Assembly: GCA_047602425.1 (NCBI GenBank)
Contig: JASGHG010000001.1
Location: 2,496,001 to 2,560,000 of the forward strand
Reading direction: 5' to 3'
DNA from: Nibricoccus sp.
GTDB taxonomy: Bacteria > Verrucomicrobiota > Verrucomicrobiia > Opitutales > Opitutaceae
Length of the DNA: 64,000 nucleotides
Of this stretch, positions 41,029 to 49,076 are shown in pieces; within the stretch, counting starts at the first letter, position 1, and the number at the start of each line of letters is the position of its first letter. The notes under the pieces are model-generated. The model had not been told where the DNA came from and did not search any database. It worked only from the letters and a program-made list of their open reading frames with translations. A program made the position numbers and the translations under genes.

Positions 41029-41790
41029 TCAGACGGTGCTAAGCTGGGCGTTGGAGACGCTGGAGTTTTGCGTGGCGGCCGGTTGTGTCGTGGTGGCGGC
41101 GACGGGAGCGGCTTTGCGGCTCAAGCGAGTCTCGATCACTTGCTGGAAGAGGGCGGGGCCGGTCATGAGCATGATCTTGAGATCGAGCCACAGCGACTTC
41201 TGGTGAGCGTATTTGATGTCCAAGTAGATCATTTCGCTGAAGGTGGTTTTGTTTTTACCGCTGACCTGCCAGAGGCCGGTCAAACCGGGGACGGACGCGA
41301 AACGGCGCTTTTGCACGATGGTGTAGTTCTCGTATTCGTAGGGAATGCAAGGACGCGGACCGACGAGGCTCATCTCGCCGCGGAGGACGTTAATGAGCTG
41401 AGGCAGTTCATCGAGGCCGGTGGCGCGCAGAATCCAGCCGCCGGGAATGAGGCGGGAATCCTTCTTGGTGTCCATCTTCACCATCGGAGCATTGGAGCCG
41501 ATCAGTTCCTTGAGGTAGGCCTGATGGGTGTTGGTCTCCGCGTTCATTTTCATGGTGCGGAATTTGTAGCAAAGGAACGTTTTGCCGCGGAGGCCGACGC
41601 GGGTTTGTTTGAAGAGCACGGGGCCGGGAGAGCTGATTTTGGTGATCACCGCAATGATGGTGACCAGCGGTAACAGCAAGGGGAACGCGGCGACGCAGCA
41701 TGCGATATCGAGTGCGCGCTTCCAAGTGGGGGAGGGGTTCCCGATCGGTTCGCAGAGGTCGGGTTGGACTGTTTGGATCTCGGAGTTCAT
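41029..41790 (-). CDS. Priming polyprenyl-phosphate sugar-1-phosphate transferase (bacterial sugar transferase)
   Basis: KRALD, YKFRTM, LDELPQLINVLRGEMSLVGPRP and PGLTGLWQVSG. Confidence 0.95.
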   Translation of the reverse strand: MNSEIQTVQPDLCEPIGNPSPTWKRALDIACCVAAFPLLLPLVTIIAVITKISSPGPVLFKQTRVGLRGKTFLCYKFRTMKMNAETNTHQAYLKELIGSNAPMVKMDTKKDSRLIPGGWILRATGLDELPQLINVLRGEMSLVGPRPCIPYEYENYTIVQKRRFASVPGLTGLWQVSGKNKTTFSEMIYLDIKYAHQKSLWLDLKIMLMTGPALFQQVIETRLSRKAAPVAATTTQPAATQNSSVSNAQLSTV

Positions 41791-41834
41791 GATGCGAATT
41801 TTGTGTAGTTAAATCTTAGGGTTTATTGAGTGGA

Positions 41835-42332
41835 TCAGATGGCCTTTGCCAGGAGGCTGCGGTCGATCGTCAGGCGCGCGTCGCAGCCGAGGATCGAAAG
41901 CAGAACGGCGACGCGTTCGCGGTCGTTGTGTGCGTCGAGGATGACGGCATGGAGGCCCTGCATGGGCCCGAAAGTGATTTCAACCTGTTCGCCAGCGGAG
42001 AACGCCGAGGCGGGGCTCGGAAGGGCGTTGCTTTCGGCCCAGGCCTTGATCTGAGCGATCAATTGCTCATCGACCCGGGCGGGCTGGGCACCGAAGCTGA
42101 CGAGATCGATGACATCGCGCGCATAACGGACGGCGCGGTAATCGGTGGTGAGGTCGCAACGGCAGAAAAGGTAGCGCGGGAAAAGCGGCTCCACGACTTC
42201 GCGGCGTACGCGGCGAATGGTTTTGTGAAGACGAATGGTTGGGAAATAGACCTCGAGGCCGAGGAAGGTGCTGAGTTGTTCAGCGACGAATTGTTCCCTC
42301 TGCGGACGGGTGTGGATGCAGTACCAGTTCAT
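41835..42332 (-). CDS. rfaH: NusG-paralogue transcription antiterminator (RfaH/UpxY-like)
   Basis: WYCIHTRPQRE, EPLFPRYLF, and KOW segment GEQVEITFGPMQG...RVAVLLSILG; first gene of the locus. Confidence 0.88.
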   Translation of the reverse strand: MNWYCIHTRPQREQFVAEQLSTFLGLEVYFPTIRLHKTIRRVRREVVEPLFPRYLFCRCDLTTDYRAVRYARDVIDLVSFGAQPARVDEQLIAQIKAWAESNALPSPASAFSAGEQVEITFGPMQGLHAVILDAHNDRERVAVLLSILGCDARLTIDRSLLAKAI

Positions 42333-42361
42333 TGGGGTAGCTGTGAGGGGTTTTGTCCGGC

Positions 42362-42373
42362 CAAGCTGCCGCC
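42362..42373 (-). promoter_or_regulatory. ops-like element GGCGGCAGCTTG
   Basis: Matches 10/12 of ops, on the sense strand, 30 nt upstream of the rfaH-like ATG. Confidence 0.45.
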
Positions 42374-42783
42374 ATCTCGGTGCATCCAGCTTTTGACTGG
42401 AAGGAAACCGGTGCTTTTCGACAGCGTTCGTGGCTGAGCTGACATTGCTTAGGTGGAGCGGGGCACAACCGGGGTCGTGGCCGTTCTTGAGGAATGAGAA
42501 AAGGAAGCGGGACGTTCGACGGAGGCGTACACCGATGCACGCACACGGGCGGAAAGGATCGAATAGCGCGCTTCGTGGGGACGATAGGAACTGGTTTTAC
42601 GGTCAAGCGTGGACGGCAGAGTCAGGTTCGCACGCAAGTCGGCGGAATTCTGGGGTGTTCCAGCCGTTTGGTATCGAACTTGGTTTGCATTATTCACGCC
42701 TCCTGCAATCGCCCTACTGACGTAAGTAAACAATTCTAAAACCCTTCTGCGTCTCAAAACCGGGCTTACCCCGAAGAATAGTT

Positions 42784-42798
42784 TAGGGGTTTCCCCTA
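42784..42798. promoter_or_regulatory. Palindrome TAGGGG-TTT-CCCCTA, candidate regulator site
   Basis: Perfect 6-bp inverted repeat in the 800-bp leader of the locus; degenerate copies at 42760-42774 and 42975-42989. Confidence 0.45.
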
Positions 42799-43134
42799 GT
42801 TGTCATTCGGGGCGGAAGTTTTCGCGCCGGTGGCGGTTGGGTAACTTATGTAACGGTTATGTGCCTCGGGAACGGGTGCGGATTGTGAATAACTTCCGAC
42901 TAACCCCAGTAAATAGATGGAAATCATTGGGAAGCATCTCACCTATTTTTGGTGTGCGCTTTTGAAGAGCACACACGGGACTTCCCCTACGGGGGGGTGA
43001 GGGAGGTCAAGACCCCATTTCGTGGTGCACGACTCCCGTTTAAGCGGTTGCGGCGCTGTCCGGCGGGCTTGTATTCTAAATTCGGATACCAAATTAACCG
43101 TTCGCCAAGGCTGCGTTTTGACTCTGGCTGATGG

Positions 43135-43827
43135 TTATTTGGCTTTGACAGCCTTCAGCACGACGAGGGTCAGCGGTATTTTTTGCGTGAGCGGCGGATG
43201 ATCGGGACGCGCAAGTTGAAGGGTGATTTCGGCGCGAGTCGAAGCGGCGGAGGGCTTGGGCGTGACCTGCAGGGTGGCGGGTGTGACGGTTTCCTCGAGT
43301 TTTAGTTCAAACTGGTCGTTGTCGCAGGTGGCGGTCAACTTGGCGGACGCGACGTCGTTCACAACGATGGTTATGGTTTTGCTCGTGTAGGGAGGACGGG
43401 ACCAAACGAGCTCACGCGGAGTTACGACAATTGCAGACGCGCTTGTCGTGAGAGGTGTGCCGCCGGAGGGAAGGTCCGCGGTGATTTTCAGAACGTAAGG
43501 CGGGGTGTCGGGCTCGCTGGTTTGGAGACTAATGGTATGGGTGTGGCGGCCCTGGCTGAGGCCAATGGTGTAGGTGGCTGTGATGACGCCCGTTTCGCCG
43601 GGCTGGTATTCTGTTTTGTCAGCCGTGGCCTTGGTGCAGCCGCAGGAGGTAGCGAGTTGCACGATCCATACGGGAGCGGGGCCGGAGTTGGTGAAGGTGT
43701 ATTGAGCCTGAAGTTCCTTGTCCTGCGGGCCGGCTTTGACGACGAGATCGGTGGTGGTGAACCGCAAACTGGCGGAGGCCACCACAACGGGTAGAAGGAA
43801 AAACAGGACGGATAGCCGGCAAAACAT
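43135..43827 (-). CDS. Secreted DUF1573 (Ig-like) domain protein
   Basis: Signal peptide from MFCRLSVL; YTFTNSG...TSCGCT...PGETGVITATY. Start reassigned to avoid overlap with the divergent GT2. Confidence 0.82.
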   Translation of the reverse strand: MFCRLSVLFFLLPVVVASASLRFTTTDLVVKAGPQDKELQAQYTFTNSGPAPVWIVQLATSCGCTKATADKTEYQPGETGVITATYTIGLSQGRHTHTISLQTSEPDTPPYVLKITADLPSGGTPLTTSASAIVVTPRELVWSRPPYTSKTITIVVNDVASAKLTATCDNDQFELKLEETVTPATLQVTPKPSAASTRAEITLQLARPDHPPLTQKIPLTLVVLKAVKAK

Positions 43828-43909
43828 GGCACTTGGAGCAATTTGAAATTTGAAAGTGACTGGGGGTTTGGTCATGAAATCGCAGCCCGAAAAGTTTACT
43901 CCTGTCTTC

Positions 43910-44683
43910 ATGTACCTCGATAAAAAAGTAGTGGTGATCATGCCTGCGTACAACGCTGCGAAAACTTTGCAGCGCACCTATGACGAGGTGATGGCGCAGG
44001 GGGTGGTCGACGAGGTCATCGTGGTCGACGACGCCAGCCGGGACGAGACGGTGGCTCTGGCCCGAACTCTGCCGCGGACGCAGGTCATCGTGCATCCGAA
44101 AAACCTGGGTTACGGGGGTAACCAGAAAACATGCTACACTGCGGCGCTGGCATCGGGCGCGGATATCGTGATCATGGTGCATCCAGATTATCAATACACG
44201 CCCAAGCTCATTCCCGCCATGGTGTCGATCATCGCGAATGGAGTTTATCCCTGCGTGATCGGCAGTCGGATTCTGGGCAACTATGCGTTGAGAGGCGGTA
44301 TGCCCGGGTGGAAATACGTGGCAAACCGCGGCCTGACGTTGCTGGAGAATATTTTGTTTGGTGCGAAACTATCGGAGTACCACACGGGATACCGGGCATT
44401 TTCACGCGAGGTGCTGGAGCGCGTGCCCTGGCAGGGAAATTCGGACGACTTCGTTTTCGACAACCAGATGTTGGGACAGATTCTCTGGTGCGGCTTCATG
44501 ATCGCGGAGGTCAGTTGTCCGACGAAATATTTCGCCGAAGCGTCGTCGATCAATTTCCGACGGAGTGTGCGCTATGGCCTGGGCTGTCTGGCGACGGCGG
44601 CGCGGTTTCGACTGGCGCGTATCGGCCTGATGGGCTCGCGAATTTTCCCGCGCGAACTGCAGGGCGAGCCATTCAGGGAGTAG
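43910..44683 (+). CDS. GT2, polyprenol-phosphate glycosyltransferase (DPM synthase-like)
   Basis: IMPAYNAA, VDDASRD, NLGYGGNQK, HPDYQY, GSR, TGYRAFSR and FVFD. Alternative start at 43874. Confidence 0.88.
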   Translation: MYLDKKVVVIMPAYNAAKTLQRTYDEVMAQGVVDEVIVVDDASRDETVALARTLPRTQVIVHPKNLGYGGNQKTCYTAALASGADIVIMVHPDYQYTPKLIPAMVSIIANGVYPCVIGSRILGNYALRGGMPGWKYVANRGLTLLENILFGAKLSEYHTGYRAFSREVLERVPWQGNSDDFVFDNQMLGQILWCGFMIAEVSCPTKYFAEASSINFRRSVRYGLGCLATAARFRLARIGLMGSRIFPRELQGEPFRE

Positions 44684-46883
44684 TGCGCCAGGGGCGTTCG
44701 GCTTCGTAGGCCGCGAGTTGGGCCTGAAGAAGATCGGCGAGGAGCTGACGATCCGTCGTGGCGATGACGGGGCGGAGGGTGTCGGCGGCTTGGGTATATT
44801 GGCCGGTTTCGGCGAGGGCGGCGGCGAGGATTTGGAGCACCTGATTGTTGCGACCGGAAAAGTGATTGTTAACGGCGGTAGCGAGTCGGAGTGCCTGCGG
44901 ACCGTCGCGGAGCGTGTCGTTGGAGGCCGTCGCAAGGAGCCACGCGAGATTGCAGGCGGCGTCGAGCTCAGCGGGATTGTTGGCGATGGCGGATTGGTAG
45001 GCGCGAATGGCGCCGGCAGGGTCGTGGGCGGCAAGCAGCAGGTGGCCGAGCGCGGTCTGGGCGCGACCGAAGGTGGGATCGAGAGCGATGGCGCGTTCGA
45101 GATGGGACTGGGCCTTGGCCGTCCGATTGAGGGCTAGAAGAGCTTGCGCGAGATTGAAATGGCGGGGGGCAGAATCGGGCTGTTGAGCGAGTGCTTTTTC
45201 GAAAAGCGGAAACGCCTCGGCCGGCCGGTTCAGAGCCAAGAGGGCGCTGGCGTAATTGGTCAGCGCATCGGGATTTTCAGGCCGGAGCGAGAGGGCATGG
45301 CGGGCGTGCGGAAGAGCGTCAGCGGGACGATTCTGGTCGAGGAGAAGTCCCGCGAGGTTGACGTGGGCGTCGACATATTCAGGACGAAGCTCAACGGCTT
45401 TCTGAAAATGAGGAAGAGCCTCGGCGGACTGATGTTGAATGAGCAGCAGGGCGCCGAGATTGTAGTGCGCTTGGGCGAGATTTGGACGGATTTGCAATGC
45501 CTGTTGATAAAGAGCGCGCGCTTCGTCGAGCCGACCTTGGTCGCGCAGGGCGTTGCCGAGATTGTTGTGGATTTCAGCGAAGGCGGGTTGAAGTTGGCGG
45601 GCCTTTTGGAGGTGGAAAATGGCTTCGGCAAGTTGGCCGCGTTGGTGAAGATGAAGTCCGAGGTTGCTATGGGCGACGAAGCAGCTGGGGTTTTTTGCGA
45701 GCGTGTCGCGCCAGATCGTCTCGGTGTTGCGGTAGATATGGCTCTGGTGCCAGGTTGTGGTTGCGAGCGCAACGAGCAGGACGAAGCTGAGTGTGCGTGG
45801 AACGGCCGCATTGAAGGGAAGCCAATGCCTGAGCAAGGTGGCAAAGACGCTGGAGACAGCCGCAATGAAGCCGAGGCTGGCGAGATAGACGTAATGATCG
45901 GCCACGAACGAATAGCGGAACGGATAGACGTTGAGAAAACCGAGGGCGGGAAAGAGCGTGCCGGCGAAAAGAAGCGTGGTCGCGAGCGGACCGCGTCGGC
46001 GGGTTCGAAGTATCCATAATCCGGCTACGAGCAGGACCGCGGCGACGGGGAAAAGAAATTGCCAGACGGAGGCTTCGTTTAAATTCCAGCGCGGATAAAT
46101 GAAGGTAAGGTTTGCGGGCCAGAAAAGTTTTCCCAGGTAAAACCAAAAGGCACGGCCCGCGATAAGAAGCCGCTGAATGGTGCCCAAGTCGAAGTCCGCG
46201 CCCTCGGCGCCGATGAACCGCCGTTCGATCCAGGCGGTGAACAATCCTGAACCAATACCGAGGAGAAAAAACGGCAGCAGGGGGAAAACGTCGCGTTGCG
46301 GCGAGAGCCGCCCGCGCTGCCACCAGAGAACAACCAAAAGAGCGGCGGGCAGGCTGGCGGTGACACTTTTGGAAAGAAGGGCCAGGATGAACAGAACGAG
46401 GGCGATGAAATAGTCGGTACACCGTCGGTCTTGATCGAAGCGCAACCAGGCCAGCGCGGCGCCGAGATAAAAGGCGGTCGAGAGCGTATTTTTGAGTTCG
46501 GAGATCCAGGCGACAGATTCGGCGTGGACGGGATGCAGGGCAAAGATCGCCGCCGCGAGCCACGCGCCGGGAAGGGCGAGGCGTTGAAGAATTCTAAAAA
46601 ACAAAAACGCGCATAAAACGTGCAGCGCAAGATTGGTGAAATGGTATCCAGGCATTGCATGTCCCCATAGACGATTCTGCAGCCAGAAGGCGGTGTGGGT
46701 GACAGGGTAGTATTGGGATACCGCGCCTGGTTCGGTCCAGATGCGGACGAGGCCATGGAAGGAGGCAAATTCCGGCGAAGTAAGATGATCGTCGTCGTCG
46801 AAAACGGCGTCGCCACGCCAGGCCGGTTGGTAAGCCAAAAACGTGACAACGACCAAAACTAAACCTAAGAGCCAAGAACGCAT
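44673..46883 (-). CDS. TMTC-like membrane glycosyltransferase (GT-C) with C-terminal TPRs
   Basis: FDDDDH loop after TM1, FALHPVHAESVAWISE, ADHYVYL, then about 9 TPRs. Confidence 0.85.
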   Translation of the reverse strand: MRSWLLGLVLVVVTFLAYQPAWRGDAVFDDDDHLTSPEFASFHGLVRIWTEPGAVSQYYPVTHTAFWLQNRLWGHAMPGYHFTNLALHVLCAFLFFRILQRLALPGAWLAAAIFALHPVHAESVAWISELKNTLSTAFYLGAALAWLRFDQDRRCTDYFIALVLFILALLSKSVTASLPAALLVVLWWQRGRLSPQRDVFPLLPFFLLGIGSGLFTAWIERRFIGAEGADFDLGTIQRLLIAGRAFWFYLGKLFWPANLTFIYPRWNLNEASVWQFLFPVAAVLLVAGLWILRTRRRGPLATTLLFAGTLFPALGFLNVYPFRYSFVADHYVYLASLGFIAAVSSVFATLLRHWLPFNAAVPRTLSFVLLVALATTTWHQSHIYRNTETIWRDTLAKNPSCFVAHSNLGLHLHQRGQLAEAIFHLQKARQLQPAFAEIHNNLGNALRDQGRLDEARALYQQALQIRPNLAQAHYNLGALLLIQHQSAEALPHFQKAVELRPEYVDAHVNLAGLLLDQNRPADALPHARHALSLRPENPDALTNYASALLALNRPAEAFPLFEKALAQQPDSAPRHFNLAQALLALNRTAKAQSHLERAIALDPTFGRAQTALGHLLLAAHDPAGAIRAYQSAIANNPAELDAACNLAWLLATASNDTLRDGPQALRLATAVNNHFSGRNNQVLQILAAALAETGQYTQAADTLRPVIATTDRQLLADLLQAQLAAYEAERPWRTTP

Positions 46884-46924
46884 GTATGACAGGTGTGCGG
46901 GCGGGGCAGGGAACTCTCTGAATC

Positions 46925-49036
46925 TTATTTCGGGGGGAACTGCTGGCGGAGGGCTTCGGCCAGTGTGGTGTCTCCGGTCGCAATGGCGAGAGCAAGCGCG
47001 CGGTTCGCGACCTCGGCAGCTTCGGCTTCACGGCCGCCTTGTCGCAACGCCAGCGCCAGGTTCGCCTGCATGCGGGGATTGGCGGGTTGGAGCCGCAGGG
47101 CGGTTTCGAAATGGACGATGGCGGCGGCGAAATCGCCTTGTTGCAGGCGGGCGACGGCGAGGGCATTGAGCGCATCGATGTCATGGGGCGCAGCGGCGAG
47201 CGCTTGTTCGAAATGAAGGGCGGCGTCGGCGGGAAGATTTTGTTGGAGCAGGAGATTGCCGAGATGAAAATGGGCATTGGCATGCCGCGGATTCAGTTTT
47301 AGCGCGTTTTCAAGATGGGCGCGCGCTTCGTCGGCGCGGTTGATTTGCGCCAAAACGAAGCCGAGATTGCTATGCGCATCGGCGAGATCCGGTTGAAGTG
47401 CGAGGGCTTTTTCGTAACTGGCGATGGCGGTTTGAAAATCGTTTTTTTGGAGGTAGGCATTGCCTAGGTTAAGCGCTGGCAGGGCGGATTCCGTTTGGAG
47501 CGCAGCGGCCTGGTTGAGCGCAGCGACGGCTTCGTCGAGACGACCGAGTTGGAGCAACGTGGTGCCAAGATTGTAATGAGCATGGCCAAGGTGAGGCTGG
47601 AGTTGGATCGCCTGCTGATAGTGAGCGATAGCGTCCTGCGGGCGCTGTTTTAGAAGAAGCGCGTTGCCGAAATCGACGTGGGCTTCGGCGTAGCGAGGAT
47701 GGATCGCCAGGGTTTTCTCAAATTGTTCGATGGCCTCGTCGACGCGAGCGGAATGGAGCAGGGAGGAACCGAGGTTGTAGTGCGCGACAAAGTTGTTGCG
47801 GGTGACGGCGAGCGTGTGGCGGAAAAGTGTTTCGCTATTGTGCCAATGACGGAGTTGGGCACGCGTCAGAAACCCCAGGGCGATAACGGCTGAAACGACA
47901 ACAAGGGACAGGCAGGTTTGGGAAAGTTTATCTTTGGCGAGAAGTTCGGCTATCCCCCATACGAACAGAATCAAAAGGCCGATCGATGGCAGGTAGGTGT
48001 AACGATCGGCCATGGACTGGCTGCCGACCTGAATCAAGCCGATGACTGGGATTAGCATGCCGGTGAACCAAAACCAACCCAGTGCGACAAACGGTTTGGC
48101 TTGTGCTTGTTTTACGGCAAAAACGGTGACCGCAATAAGGCAGACGAGTGCGATCAGCGGCGTTGTAACGGTCCATTGAGAGGGTTGAGGATAATAAATT
48201 GCGAGGTCGACAGGCCGAAAAGTGAGGCCGAGGTATTGAAGGTAGGCGACGCAGGCGTTTTCGAGCCGTTGGAAAAAGGAAAGGCTCGTGAAGGCGCGGA
48301 CGGCACCGCCTTGGTTTTGGGCGTGGTAGGTGGCGACGCAGGAAGCGGCGCTCAGGGCAAAAAAAGGAAGTTTTTCGCGAAGCAGCGGTTTAAGAAAAAC
48401 CGTTCGCCCGAGGGGCCAGACATCAAGCAGCAGCAGGACGCACGGCAGAGTGACAAGCATGGGTTTGCTCAGAAGGCCAAGGGCAGAAAGCGCCAGCGTG
48501 ACTACGTACCATACGGTGCGCCGCTGCGACTTTTTCGTGTAATGCGCGTATGAATACAGCGTAAGCAGGAAGAAGAACGCGCTGAGCACATCCTTGCGTT
48601 CGGAAACCCAGGAGACCGACTCGACGCGCAAGGGGTGCAGGGCGAAGAGAGCGGCGACGCCGGCGCTGCGCCAGAGAGAACCGGTGAGCCGACGCAACAG
48701 GAGCAACACGAGAACGGCGTTGGCGACGTGCAGCGCGAGGTTGACGCCGTGGGGTCCTCGGGGGCCTGGGCCGAACAGCGTCATATCGACCATGTGCGAA
48801 AGCCACGTGAGCGGATGCCAGTTGCAGGCATGAAAGGTTTTGAAGGCCCATTTTATCCCCGACCAAGTCAGGCCAGCCCGTACGTGGGGATTGTCCGTAA
48901 CGTAGTCAGCGTCATCGAGGGAAATGAACGGAAGGCGTGCGACCGGGAGGAAGGTGATCCAGACGACGATGGCAAGGGCAAGCGCCACTACCCACACGTG
49001 CCAGGCGGGACGTAGTGACTGGCCGCGCGTTTGCAT
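46925..49036 (-). CDS. TMTC-like membrane glycosyltransferase (GT-C) with C-terminal TPRs
   Basis: LDDADY, NWHPLTW, FALHPLRVESVSWVSERKD, ADRYTYLPS, then TPRs. ATG at 49036 preferred. Confidence 0.85.
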   Translation of the reverse strand: MQTRGQSLRPAWHVWVVALALAIVVWITFLPVARLPFISLDDADYVTDNPHVRAGLTWSGIKWAFKTFHACNWHPLTWLSHMVDMTLFGPGPRGPHGVNLALHVANAVLVLLLLRRLTGSLWRSAGVAALFALHPLRVESVSWVSERKDVLSAFFFLLTLYSYAHYTKKSQRRTVWYVVTLALSALGLLSKPMLVTLPCVLLLLDVWPLGRTVFLKPLLREKLPFFALSAASCVATYHAQNQGGAVRAFTSLSFFQRLENACVAYLQYLGLTFRPVDLAIYYPQPSQWTVTTPLIALVCLIAVTVFAVKQAQAKPFVALGWFWFTGMLIPVIGLIQVGSQSMADRYTYLPSIGLLILFVWGIAELLAKDKLSQTCLSLVVVSAVIALGFLTRAQLRHWHNSETLFRHTLAVTRNNFVAHYNLGSSLLHSARVDEAIEQFEKTLAIHPRYAEAHVDFGNALLLKQRPQDAIAHYQQAIQLQPHLGHAHYNLGTTLLQLGRLDEAVAALNQAAALQTESALPALNLGNAYLQKNDFQTAIASYEKALALQPDLADAHSNLGFVLAQINRADEARAHLENALKLNPRHANAHFHLGNLLLQQNLPADAALHFEQALAAAPHDIDALNALAVARLQQGDFAAAIVHFETALRLQPANPRMQANLALALRQGGREAEAAEVANRALALAIATGDTTLAEALRQQFPPK

Positions 49037-49076
49037 TGGATGTTCCAAATGGTTTCGGAATGTCGCCTCTGCGGCT

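Noticed and set aside
42437..42448. 12-mer AGCTGACATTGC shared with the reverse complement of 25837-25848
   Set aside because: It is in opposite orientation relative to the genes, and such a match is expected by chance among the intergenic sequence.
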